This document shows, piece after piece, positions 1 to 7,214 of a stretch of DNA of 39,748 nucleotides (position 1 is its first letter; every line of letters begins with the position of its first letter). The notes beneath the pieces are model-generated. The model was not told the origin of the DNA. It made no database searches and saw only the letters and a program-made list of their open reading frames with translations. Source of the DNA: a virus. The translations under genes were made by a program, and so were the position numbers. The stretch is from the IMG/VR virus record IMGVR_UViG_3300033182_000047, positions 1 to 39,748 of that record; one strand, 5' to 3'.

Positions 1-112
1 GGAATTAATCAACATGGCACACTTTCAAAACATCGTAAATATTGCGCGGAAAAATCCTCATTGTAACTTCGCATTGTGGACTAAAAGAGCGTCAATTGTT
101 CGCCAGTTTAAA
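1..112. repeat. Left copy of an exact 112-bp end duplication (identical to 39637..39748). Marks circular closure or a short terminal repeat; unique genome length 39636 bp
   Basis: Read directly: both copies run ggaattaatcaacatggcac...cgccagtttaaa with no mismatch. Confidence 0.95.
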
Positions 113-322
113 GAGGAATTACCCGATAACCTGATTCTGGTGTTTTCTAATCCTAGGATCGATAAGGTTATTTATATCCCTAGGGGCTTTCATAAGGTTT
201 TCAACAACGTTTCCCCAGACAGCAACGTTAAACAAAACTGCACCGGGAAAAAATGCATGGATTGTTTACTATGCTATCGCAAGGATTCCGTCACCGACGT
301 CATAGTCGAGGCTGTAAAGTAA
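2..322 (+). CDS. Cys-rich GP88-like early protein, C-terminal part (gene starts at 39374 and wraps the junction; 194 aa in total)
   Basis: Track ORF 14..322 is in frame with ATG 39374 once base 39637 is equated with base 1. Motifs CGKCYSHK, YFRFNGHGEL, NFALWTKR and CTGKKCMDCLLC resemble the phage GP88 family as I remember it (no search run). Confidence 0.7.
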   Translation, partial: ELINMAHFQNIVNIARKNPHCNFALWTKRASIVRQFKEELPDNLILVFSNPRIDKVIYIPRGFHKVFNNVSPDSNVKQNCTGKKCMDCLLCYRKDSVTDVIVEAVK

Positions 323-352
323 CTAATTAAGAAAAGTCTAATATTATTAAAC

Positions 353-375
353 GCCCCGGTTCGCCGGGGTTTTTT
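353..375 (+). terminator. Rho-independent terminator closing the first early transcription unit
   Basis: CCCCGG(354-359)-ttcg-CCGGGG(364-369) followed by T6 (370-375), about 30 nt after the stop codon at 320-322. Confidence 0.85.
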
Positions 376-437
376 ATGCGTGGACGATCACGCTATAACT
401 CTCTCTCTGAGACTCTCAGTTACGCTGTACGGCCCGA

Positions 438-626
438 TTATGAGATACTAGTACCCTCCCATAGGGTTTGGTCTATCTCGCGCCTAACGGCTTTAGAATC
501 GCGCTGATAGGCAGTCTTTGGTTTGTGCCTATATCCCTTATAATTATTATGGGAATGTTTAGCGACTAGATTCCGCCGTTTGAGTCTGGTTTGTCGGTCT
601 GAACTCATAACCAATTCTAAACCCAT
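438..626 (-). CDS. Small very basic ORF (62 aa), antisense to the early arm, inside the otherwise non-coding 376-1035 gap; function unknown
   Basis: Only ORF of 60 aa or more in the gap. Lys/Arg/His-rich (RLKRRNLVAKHSHNNYKGYRHKPKTAYQRDSKAVRRE). Weak RBS (ggtacagtaATG) and no convincing promoter. Confidence 0.3.
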   Translation of the reverse strand: MGLELVMSSDRQTRLKRRNLVAKHSHNNYKGYRHKPKTAYQRDSKAVRREIDQTLWEGTSIS

Positions 627-1035
627 TACTGTACCAATTCTGTACCATTAAATTTTAAGCATAGTTGTCATATAGACCGAGATGCCCCGGTATCATTCCG
701 CCTCAACTCTTGTGGTATCATCGGCGGGGTTAATCCCTAGCGTTTATCAAGTACCATTTTTTTTACACCGGGTGAAAGGTGCGCCCCATTTTAGTGGCAT
801 CGTTTGCTTGTTTACCGGGCCGTCCTAAGCCCCGCTAGTAGATAACTGCTATTCGATGGATGGTGGCACAGTCGAGCCACATAATTTAAAGAGTCCACCA
901 CTCGACAGACAGTATACCAGAATGACAACTGGCAGTCAATAAAAAATTCTTTTACTCTAACTATATTATCTATTAGGAATTATCCCTTTTATATCAATGA
1001 CTTAAATTAATTAGATAAAAATGTGCAGATTGTTG

Positions 1036-1064
1036 TTGACAGACTGGAATCTATCCTGTATCAT
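1036..1064 (+). promoter_or_regulatory. Sigma70-type promoter TTGACA-17-TATCAT (second early unit)
   Basis: TTGACA 1036-1041, 17-nt spacer ending in TG, TATCAT 1059-1064. Predicted +1 near 1071, 24 nt before ATG 1095. Shares TGTTGACA with the 38946 promoter. Confidence 0.7.
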
Positions 1065-1094
1065 TCGGTTACACACTCAAAACAGGAAAGGAAA

Positions 1095-1388
1095 ATGATC
1101 TACAAAGCACTACTCAGCGTCACTCACGATGACACATTCACCACCTTTAATTGCGTGAACGTATTCAAGGGAGATGGTGAAAATGTTGACAACACTTTCA
1201 GCATCATGCACTCTGACCCAGCCAATCGGGTTCCACCCCCTGAAGGGATAATGAAAAGTGTCCGCGAATGGGCAGAAGGGAAACTCGTGCAGGACGCCTT
1301 TCCTTATCTTTGGCCAAAAGAAAGGGAATTGCTTTTAACAGGTTTCACCCCAGAGGACTGGGAAAACATGGACGATTTGGGAGAATAA
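1095..1388 (+). CDS. Early protein, unknown function (97 aa, acidic C-terminus ...ENMDDLGE)
   Basis: ATG 1095 preceded by aggaaagga. The GTG 1023 start in the ORF track would lie upstream of the promoter. Stop is embedded in the GGAGAATAAAATG junction. Confidence 0.75.
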   Translation: MIYKALLSVTHDDTFTTFNCVNVFKGDGENVDNTFSIMHSDPANRVPPPEGIMKSVREWAEGKLVQDAFPYLWPKERELLLTGFTPEDWENMDDLGE

Positions 1389-1389
1389 A

Positions 1390-1656
1390 ATGAAACAGTC
1401 AGACGCTATTAGAATTCACAATGAGGCGGTAGCCCTTGCACAAAAGGCTACTCAGGAACACCATGAGGAACATGGGGATATGTTAGCGGAATGGAGTGTG
1501 GAGAGGGTTGACAACAACTACAGAATATGTTATAATGGAGCCTGTAAAGCAACAAGTCAAGACATGGGTTACGCCTATGACTTGGTGAGGGTCTTAAACT
1601 GCGATGGCTTTATTGACGATGCAAATGATCTAAGGGAGATGGAAAATGCTGACTAA
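1390..1656 (+). CDS. Early protein, unknown function (88 aa, acidic)
   Basis: ATG 1390 is part of GGGAGAATAAAATG (RBS-stop-start junction). Continuous ORF. Confidence 0.75.
   Translation: MKQSDAIRIHNEAVALAQKATQEHHEEHGDMLAEWSVERVDNNYRICYNGACKATSQDMGYAYDLVRVLNCDGFIDDANDLREMENAD
1508..1536 (+). promoter_or_regulatory. Consensus sigma70 promoter TTGACA-17-(TGt)TATAAT inside CDS 1390..1656
   Basis: TTGACA 1508-1513, 17-nt spacer ending tgt, TATAAT 1531-1536. Confidence 0.65.
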
Positions 1657-1819
1657 AGAAAACTATGACGATGTTAAATGGGATTTAATGAACTATTCCA
1701 CCAAGTCAATGCACAGATATATCAAGGAATCTACCATCGAAAAGGTTTGGGAATTGCTTGATAAAGAGATTGACTTTGAAGAGATTGCAGACTATACTTA
1801 CGATAACTACGGAGAATAA
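1646..1819 (+). CDS. Early protein, unknown function (57 aa, not in the ORF track because under 60 aa): MLTKENYDDVKWDLMNYSTKSMHRYIKESTIEKVWELLDKEIDFEEIADYTYDNYGE
   Basis: Translated by hand. ATG 1646 preceded by agggaga RBS. Overlaps the end of 1390..1656 by 11 nt. Stop lies in GGAGAATAAAATG immediately before ATG 1821. Confidence 0.6.
   Translation: MLTKENYDDVKWDLMNYSTKSMHRYIKESTIEKVWELLDKEIDFEEIADYTYDNYGE
1770..1798 (+). promoter_or_regulatory. Sigma70-type promoter TTGACT-17-TATACT
   Basis: TTGACT 1770-1775, 17-nt spacer, TATACT 1793-1798. Predicted +1 near 1805, just before RBS GGAGAA 1811 and ATG 1821. Confidence 0.6.
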
Positions 1820-1820
1820 A

Positions 1821-2078
1821 ATGACTATTTCAGAATCAGAGGCGCGACTGTGGCGCAAGTTAAGCGAGTCTAGGGTAAACAACGCTTCATTGTCCACCGC
1901 TATAGCGCATGACATTTTCGATCTTGTCCTGCATGAGTTAGTATCAAAGTATCACGGCACAAAGGTTAACCATATCGTAGCCGATGAAACTTGGGATGCC
2001 ATTGACAAAGGGCAGATATGCGAAGCAATCGAAGAGCATTTAGACAACATTTTGAAACACATAGAAGAGGGAGAATAA
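1821..2078 (+). CDS. Early protein, unknown function (85 aa, acidic)
   Basis: ATG 1821 in the GGAGAATAAAATG junction. The track start at 1758 has no RBS and overlaps the promoter. Confidence 0.75.
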   Translation: MTISESEARLWRKLSESRVNNASLSTAIAHDIFDLVLHELVSKYHGTKVNHIVADETWDAIDKGQICEAIEEHLDNILKHIEEGE

Positions 2079-2079
2079 A

Positions 2080-2385
2080 ATGTTTGATCCAGTCGAAAGA
2101 GATTTTAACGCCTTCTCAAAATCACAGTCTTACGCGGAGGATTTTGAAGAGGCGGTCAATGAGAGGGTACAGCAGGAAGTTGAGAAGTTCTTCGATGACC
2201 TAATCATTGATGACGTTCAGACCTATCTGGGGAATGATAACAGCATCGTGCTTGAGTTAAACGGCAACGGCTTTGTGCTGACCCCAGATGCTCTGGCTAA
2301 ACTGTCAGACCTCAGTACATGGACGGTGCAGGAATACGATGATGCCATGTCGGAAGAGAATGACAAGCAAAGACAATGGGACTAG
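2080..2385 (+). CDS. Early protein, strongly acidic (101 aa), unknown function
   Basis: ATG 2080 in the GGGAGAATAAAATG junction. Asp/Glu-rich throughout (EDFEEAVNE, FFDDLIIDD, EYDDAMSEEND). Confidence 0.75.
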   Translation: MFDPVERDFNAFSKSQSYAEDFEEAVNERVQQEVEKFFDDLIIDDVQTYLGNDNSIVLELNGNGFVLTPDALAKLSDLSTWTVQEYDDAMSEENDKQRQWD

Positions 2386-2474
2386 CGAGTTTAGACAGGT
2401 GATGCTGGCATCTGAGAGTCTGGTGGGGGCGCTAGTCTAACCTCCTTTCCCCCCACTAGACAACCAGTTTAATT

Positions 2475-2870
2475 ATGATTGAGAAAAGAGCGTTAAGAAT
2501 ACTCAGAAACATTCCCAAAAGAATGGTGGCCACTGTACGCCATCAAGGGGATGTTGAGTCTGAGACAATGATGAAGAGCGCGGTTAAATGTCTTGACATT
2601 CTATCCCGCTCACGTAGAACAACAAACAAGATGATGGTAGAGGCGTGGAAGTTATACTTGCAAGCGCAGAATTTATCTGGCACAATACCGCAAAAGTTCC
2701 TAGACAATGACCACAATCACCCCATGAGAGTGGAGACTTCAACCAAAGTCAGGATCAAGGGAATGGATTGGAGTAAATTTTATAACACTAACCACAAACC
2801 ATTCGATCAATACTACAGACACGGTGGAAACTGGAGATACGGCAGATGGAAATCACGGAAAAAGAATTAA
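2475..2870 (+). CDS. Basic 131-aa protein of unknown function, first gene of the replication block
   Basis: Continuous ORF after an 89-nt gap. No Shine-Dalgarno before ATG 2475, so the start is uncertain. Arg/Lys-rich ends. Confidence 0.55.
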   Translation: MIEKRALRILRNIPKRMVATVRHQGDVESETMMKSAVKCLDILSRSRRTTNKMMVEAWKLYLQAQNLSGTIPQKFLDNDHNHPMRVETSTKVRIKGMDWSKFYNTNHKPFDQYYRHGGNWRYGRWKSRKKN

Positions 2871-3835
2871 AGCGGTACGATAGTGTTGGATCAGTTGAAC
2901 GTAGGGTCAGACCATCCAATGATTTTACCAGTGAAGTCTTTGACTTCTTCTTCAATGAAGAACAATTGCAGGGGGTTAAACTCCCATTCAGACAGTTTGA
3001 TGACAAGTTCAGACTGCGAGGGGAAGAACTAACCATCCTTGCAGGGATTAATGGCGCGGGGAAATCCCTGTTTGCTTCTCAGTGCCTGCTGTCTGCTATG
3101 GAGCAGGGGCATAAGTGCCTGTCAGTATCACTTGAAATGAGTCCTAAAGCGCAGTTGGCGAGAATGTGGCGTCAGGCATCACTCCAGAACAAACCAGACA
3201 TGGAAGCAGGGTTGCAGTTTACCAAATGGAGCAATGACAAACTGTGGTTCTATGACCAACACGGCACAGTCAATCCGCGTGTCCTGCTGTCCGTCATGAG
3301 GTATGCCTACGACAAACTAGGCATTGATGTATTCCTAGTGGACTCTCTGATGACCATGAATCTCAATAGCGATGATTGGAATGGGCAGAAGAACGTGGTG
3401 CAGGGGCTTGCCAATACAGCCAGACAGTTAGGGGTACACGTTATACTGGTGGCCCACGCTAGGAAAGGGCAGTCAGTCAAGGATAGGCTAGACAAATGGA
3501 GTGTCGCGGGGTCTGCTGACATAACAAACAGGGCAGACAACGTAATCATTCTGGGCAGGGTGTTTGATGACCCAGAGATTGACGCATACCTAAGTCTTTG
3601 TAAAGCAAGGCATTTTGATGGGGCTGAGATGGATTTGGATTTAAAACTTGACTTGGCCTCAATGAACTATTACCATGATGGGCAACTACCCAAAGCCATA
3701 TTGAAAACCCCGCCGAAAGGTGGTATAATGGGGGAGTTAGATAGAGTGGCACTAACTGAGGGAATAAATGAAAACATCATCCGCAAAGTCGAAGGGCAGA
3801 AGGCTTCAGCAATGGGTCAGATGTCTGTTAATTAA
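2846..3835 (+). CDS. DnaB / T7 gp4-like replicative helicase (RecA-fold, helicase domain only)
   Basis: Walker A GINGAGKS, SLEMS (DnaB H1a-like), Walker B DVFLVDSL, VILVAHARK, GSADITNRADNVIIL. No zinc-finger/TOPRIM primase domain upstream. Confidence 0.85.
   Translation: MEITEKELKRYDSVGSVERRVRPSNDFTSEVFDFFFNEEQLQGVKLPFRQFDDKFRLRGEELTILAGINGAGKSLFASQCLLSAMEQGHKCLSVSLEMSPKAQLARMWRQASLQNKPDMEAGLQFTKWSNDKLWFYDQHGTVNPRVLLSVMRYAYDKLGIDVFLVDSLMTMNLNSDDWNGQKNVVQGLANTARQLGVHVILVAHARKGQSVKDRLDKWSVAGSADITNRADNVIILGRVFDDPEIDAYLSLCKARHFDGAEMDLDLKLDLASMNYYHDGQLPKAILKTPPKGGIMGELDRVALTEGINENIIRKVEGQKASAMGQMSVN
3701..3729 (+). promoter_or_regulatory. Sigma70 promoter TTGAAA-17-(TGg)TATAAT inside the helicase 3' end
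   Basis: TTGAAA 3701-3706, 17-nt spacer ending tgg, TATAAT 3724-3729. Predicted +1 near 3736, upstream of RBS gaggga and ATG 3768. Confidence 0.65.
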
Positions 3836-4118
3836 AACGTTTGATCTGGAGCCAGATGATGTGTACTCACGCAGTTCGGGAGCCACGGGTGAGGATGTTA
3901 TGCTCTCACCCGAGGCTAGAGCAATCTTCCCATACAGTATAGAATGCAAGAACGTGGAGAAATTAAATTTGTGGGAGGCTTGGAAACAAGCAGAAGCAAA
4001 CGCAGGGGGCTACGAACCCTTGCTAATCGTAAAACGCAATAGGCAAAAACCTTTGGCAGTCGTAGATGCTGAACATTTTATAGGAGTTTTAAATGAAGAT
4101 GACAGTGCATCCCTTTGA
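3768..4118 (+). CDS. Hjc-like PD-(D/E)XK Holliday-junction resolvase / endonuclease
   Basis: KSKGRRLQQWV, SSGATGEDV and SIECKNV reproduce the KG-R-E...SG..D...E-x-K layout of archaeal Hjc-type resolvases. RBS gaggga. Overlaps the helicase end by 68 nt. Confidence 0.65.
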   Translation: MKTSSAKSKGRRLQQWVRCLLIKTFDLEPDDVYSRSSGATGEDVMLSPEARAIFPYSIECKNVEKLNLWEAWKQAEANAGGYEPLLIVKRNRQKPLAVVDAEHFIGVLNEDDSASL

Positions 4119-4329
4119 TAGGGAATTTATGGATCAGTTCTTTTCACCAATCAAATACCGAACCTTTAGCGGGGAACGTATTGAGGGAGAGGGAACTAAG
4201 GAAAACCCTTATGTAATTCACCGTCAAAAAATAGTTGACAAGGTGTATCATGGGTGGTATGATGACGATGGTGGGTATCACGAAGTTTTGGTAAAAGAAG
4301 ATACCCAAGATAAAAAACAAGAGGAATAA
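4093..4329 (+). CDS. Hypothetical protein (78 aa)
   Basis: ATG 4093 preceded by taggag. Continuous ORF. Confidence 0.65.
   Translation: MKMTVHPFDREFMDQFFSPIKYRTFSGERIEGEGTKENPYVIHRQKIVDKVYHGWYDDDGGYHEVLVKEDTQDKKQEE
4235..4263 (+). promoter_or_regulatory. Sigma70 promoter TTGACA-17-(TGg)TATGAT inside CDS 4093..4329
   Basis: TTGACA 4235-4240, 17-nt spacer ending tgg, TATGAT 4258-4263. About 60 nt upstream of ATG 4331. Confidence 0.65.
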
Positions 4330-4330
4330 T

Positions 4331-4786
4331 ATGAAATATGTAGAGATAGCGTTGAAACGCCCCTTTGCTAATCACAAGTGGCGCAAAGGTTACAAGGGTG
4401 GTAAAGACTTGGTGTACATTGATGCGCGAGATGTAATGAACCGACTGGATGAGGTGTTTGGTGTTGGCGGTTGGCAAGCGCATTACGAAAGTGTAGGTGG
4501 CCGTATGATCTGCAAGTTGTCATGCAGAATAGATGGTCAGTGGGTTACTAAGTCTGATGGCGCGGGTGATACTGACATTGAAGGCGACAAAGGGGGCATT
4601 AGCGATGCCTTGAAGAGAGCCGGAGTCCTATGGGGAATTGGACGCTATCTCTACTACCCTTCTGCCTTTGACTCAAACAAGCAACCCGCTGAGTGGGCTA
4701 CGCCAGAGGGCTATGATAAACTCATGGAGCAACGGCACAAGAAAGACATTGAAAAGTGGAGAAAGGATTACGAGGACTCTTTATGA
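4331..4786 (+). CDS. Rad52/Rad22-family single-strand annealing protein
   Basis: GGISDALKRAGVLWGIGRYLY matches the conserved Rad52/22 core as I remember it. RBS gaggaa. Confidence 0.8.
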   Translation: MKYVEIALKRPFANHKWRKGYKGGKDLVYIDARDVMNRLDEVFGVGGWQAHYESVGGRMICKLSCRIDGQWVTKSDGAGDTDIEGDKGGISDALKRAGVLWGIGRYLYYPSAFDSNKQPAEWATPEGYDKLMEQRHKKDIEKWRKDYEDSL

Positions 4787-6429
4787 AATTTAGAACTGAA
4801 CTAGGCGAAACTATTTTTAAGCAGAAGTACGCAAGCAACCCTTATGAAACTTGGGAGGACAAAGCACACACCGTAGTCAACAATGTCTGCGGTACATACG
4901 ATGGCAAGAAAAATAACTTAATGTCCAAGTCTGACCAAGATCAATTGGTTCAGTACATATCTGACTTTAAGTTTATGCCCGGTGGCCGATACCTGTGGTA
5001 CGCAGGGAGAGAGGCGCGGTTCTATAACAACTGTTACTTGTTGAGGTTGGAAGAGGATACCAGAGAAGAGTGGGCTAGTGTGACGCAGAGAGCAATGTCC
5101 TGCTTAATGACAGGTGGAGGCATTGGGGTGGATGTTTCCATAGCAAGGCCGTCAGGCAGACAACTCAGGCGCACAGGTGGGGTTGCCTCCGGCCCCATCC
5201 CCCTTCTGTTCACCTTGAACGAGGTCGGCAGGAATGTCATGCAGGGTGGCAGTCGGAGGTCTGCCCTGTATGGCTGTATGAACTGGCAACATGAGGATGC
5301 CTCTAATCTACTTGAGGCTAAGAACTGGCATGATATGAAAGCCGGGGATACTACCCTGTCTGCTCTTAAACAGGCAGACTTTAACTTCCCCGCCCCATTG
5401 GATATGATGAACGTCAGTCTGAACTATGATGATGCTTGGCTAAATACTGAATCGCGGGCATCTGACCCGATCTTTGTTAAGAATGTGCGTCAGGCTATGA
5501 TGACAGGCGAACCGGGATTTAGTTTTAATTTTGGAGAGAAAGAAAATGAAACGCTTAGAAATGCTTGCACTGAAATTACGAGTGAAGATGACAGTGATGT
5601 CTGTAATCTTGGCTCTGTTAATCTTGCAAACATTGATTCTATCGAAGAATTTCGTGAAGTGGTTGGGCTTGCGAGTAAGTTCTTGGTATGTGGACTTATC
5701 AGAGCGCAACTACCTTACGAGAAAGTGGAAGAGGTAAGACAGAAGAACAGTCGTATAGGGCTTGGACTTATGGGTATGCACGAATGGTTACTCAAGCGTG
5801 GTCATAAGTACGAGATGGTAGATGAACTTAAACAATGGATGAAAGTATATGAACGAGAAAGCAAACGATCCGCTGACGCACATTGCGACAGACTTTTTCT
5901 CAACCGTCCTAAAGGCTACAGAGCAATCGCTCCAACAGGGACAATTAGTATTCTCGCGGGAACAACCAGTGGCGTGGAGCCAATCTACGCCGTGGCATAC
6001 CGCAGACGCTACCTTGCGGATGGAACCAGATGGAAACATCAGTTTGTCGTTGACGGTACGGCCCAAGAACTGATCGACTCAGGGATAAAACCAGAGAAGA
6101 TTGAGTCTGCTGTAGACCTAGCCTTTGATCCTGAACGCAGGGTGAAGTTTCAGTATGAACTACAGAAGCACGTTGACCATGCTATTAGTTCTACGTTGAA
6201 CCTTCCCGCTTGGGGAACGGAATCAAACAACGAGGATACTGTGATTGATTTTCAGAAGATTATCGCTAACTACGCCCCCGGTTTGAGGGGTCTGACAGTG
6301 TATCCTGATGGTGCTAGGGGTGGTCAGCCTATAACGTCAGTGCCTTATGAAGAGGCTCACAGTAAGCGTGGCGTGGTCTATGAGGACAACAGTGAAGAGC
6401 AATGTCTGAGTGGGGTGTGCGGGATATGA
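4783..6429 (+). CDS. nrdJ: Ribonucleotide reductase, single-subunit, class II (B12-dependent) inferred
   Basis: NNCYLL, N-x-C-x-E loop RNACTEI, CNLGSVNL, C-terminal C-x4-C (CLSGVCGI). No NrdB or NrdG partner in the genome. ATG 4783 overlaps the upstream stop (ATGA) and has a gagga RBS, so it is preferred over the GTG 4756 of the track. Confidence 0.85.
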   Translation: MKFRTELGETIFKQKYASNPYETWEDKAHTVVNNVCGTYDGKKNNLMSKSDQDQLVQYISDFKFMPGGRYLWYAGREARFYNNCYLLRLEEDTREEWASVTQRAMSCLMTGGGIGVDVSIARPSGRQLRRTGGVASGPIPLLFTLNEVGRNVMQGGSRRSALYGCMNWQHEDASNLLEAKNWHDMKAGDTTLSALKQADFNFPAPLDMMNVSLNYDDAWLNTESRASDPIFVKNVRQAMMTGEPGFSFNFGEKENETLRNACTEITSEDDSDVCNLGSVNLANIDSIEEFREVVGLASKFLVCGLIRAQLPYEKVEEVRQKNSRIGLGLMGMHEWLLKRGHKYEMVDELKQWMKVYERESKRSADAHCDRLFLNRPKGYRAIAPTGTISILAGTTSGVEPIYAVAYRRRYLADGTRWKHQFVVDGTAQELIDSGIKPEKIESAVDLAFDPERRVKFQYELQKHVDHAISSTLNLPAWGTESNNEDTVIDFQKIIANYAPGLRGLTVYPDGARGGQPITSVPYEEAHSKRGVVYEDNSEEQCLSGVCGI

Positions 6430-6623
6430 AACCTTCACACTACAAGATGAAAATACAGCCTATTGAATATATAATGGCCAATAGGCTTGACTTCTGCTCT
6501 GGTAATATAGTAAAATACGCTAGTAGATGGGACAAGAAGGGAGAACCATATTCCGACTTGTGTAAGATCATAGAGTACGCTAACATATTAATAGAGGAAA
6601 TTAATGCCAAGGATCATAAGTAA
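6426..6623 (+). CDS. DUF3310-like small protein
   Basis: HYKMKIQPIEYI...GNIVKYASRWDKKG...DLCKIIEYANILIE fits the DUF3310 pattern. ATG 6426 overlaps the RNR stop (ATGA). Confidence 0.7.
   Translation: MKPSHYKMKIQPIEYIMANRLDFCSGNIVKYASRWDKKGEPYSDLCKIIEYANILIEEINAKDHK
6487..6516 (+). promoter_or_regulatory. Weaker sigma70-like promoter TTGACT-18-TAAAAT
   Basis: TTGACT 6487-6492, 18-nt spacer, TAAAAT 6511-6516. Upstream of ATG 6604. Confidence 0.35.
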
Positions 6624-6888
6624 GGCATACCTTGAGTGGGTAGCCACCCTTCCCTGTAGCGAGTGTAAGGCTACGGATGGGACTGTGGTGGCGCACCACC
6701 TTAAAGGTAGGTACGCACCCCTGTCTGGTGGCATGGGGTACAAGGCGGATGACTGGTTGACAATGCCCCTTTGCTTTAAGTGTCATACAAAGATGCACTC
6801 AGGCGATGCGGAATTAATGAACTGGCAACCATATTTTATTTTGAAAACACTTGACAAAGCATTTGATGATGGTATAATAGAATTATGA
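6604..6888 (+). CDS. DUF968/HNH-like zinc-binding putative nuclease
   Basis: LPCSECK...VVAHHLKG...MPLCFKCHTKMH (Cys pairs plus His). RBS gaggaa. Confidence 0.6.
   Translation: MPRIISKAYLEWVATLPCSECKATDGTVVAHHLKGRYAPLSGGMGYKADDWLTMPLCFKCHTKMHSGDAELMNWQPYFILKTLDKAFDDGIIEL
6851..6878 (+). promoter_or_regulatory. Consensus sigma70 promoter TTGACA-16-(TGg)TATAAT; predicted +1 coincides with the A of ATG 6885
   Basis: TTGACA 6851-6856, 16-nt spacer ending tgg, TATAAT 6873-6878. 6878 + 7 = 6885. Confidence 0.65.
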
Positions 6889-7214
6889 ATATTCAGGGTG
6901 AAGTTGAGGAATACCTCACACAGATAGAACAGACTGCTCCGAAGTACGCAAAGGCCAAGGCTGAAACGTACCAGTTGACGGAGTATAAAAAGACTCAACG
7001 CTCCTTGTTGTACAGTAAGGCCATAGGCAAAACTGTAGCAGACAAGGAGAACTGGGTATCTATGCAACCGGAAGTTACCAAAACAATAGAGGGTATCGCG
7101 GTAGCCATAGAAAACGAAGAGCGTCTACGTTGGGAACTCAAGGTGGCAGAACTTCATATTGAAGTCTGGCGCACTGAGCAAGCAAATAGGCGATTGGAAC
7201 ACAAAATCTTATAG
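6885..7214 (+). CDS. Coiled-coil protein (109 aa), unknown function; possibly translated from a leaderless mRNA
   Basis: ATG 6885 overlaps the upstream stop (ATGA). No SD sequence. Consensus promoter immediately upstream. Confidence 0.7.
   Translation: MNIQGEVEEYLTQIEQTAPKYAKAKAETYQLTEYKKTQRSLLYSKAIGKTVADKENWVSMQPEVTKTIEGIAVAIENEERLRWELKVAELHIEVWRTEQANRRLEHKIL

Noticed and set aside
353-375. tRNA T-arm-like GGTTCG in the non-coding region
   Set aside because: It is the loop and stem of the CCCCGG-ttcg-CCGGGG-T6 terminator. No acceptor, D or anticodon arms can be drawn around it. I found no other tRNA-like T-loop in 330-1035 or 38598-39007.
1023-1094. Longer N-terminal extensions offered by the ORF track (GTG 1023, 1758, GTG 4756, 6402, TTG 21959, 28892, 38882, 38965)
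   Set aside because: Each extension lacks an RBS and either overlaps a promoter or creates a long overlap. In every case an internal ATG with an SD sequence or a 4-nt stop/start overlap is available.
2423-2456. GTGGGGG ... CCCCCAC hairpin after 2080..2385 as a terminator separating the acidic cassette from the replication block
   Set aside because: The loop is 20 nt and no U-tract follows. It may still be structural or regulatory, but the sequence does not support a terminator call.
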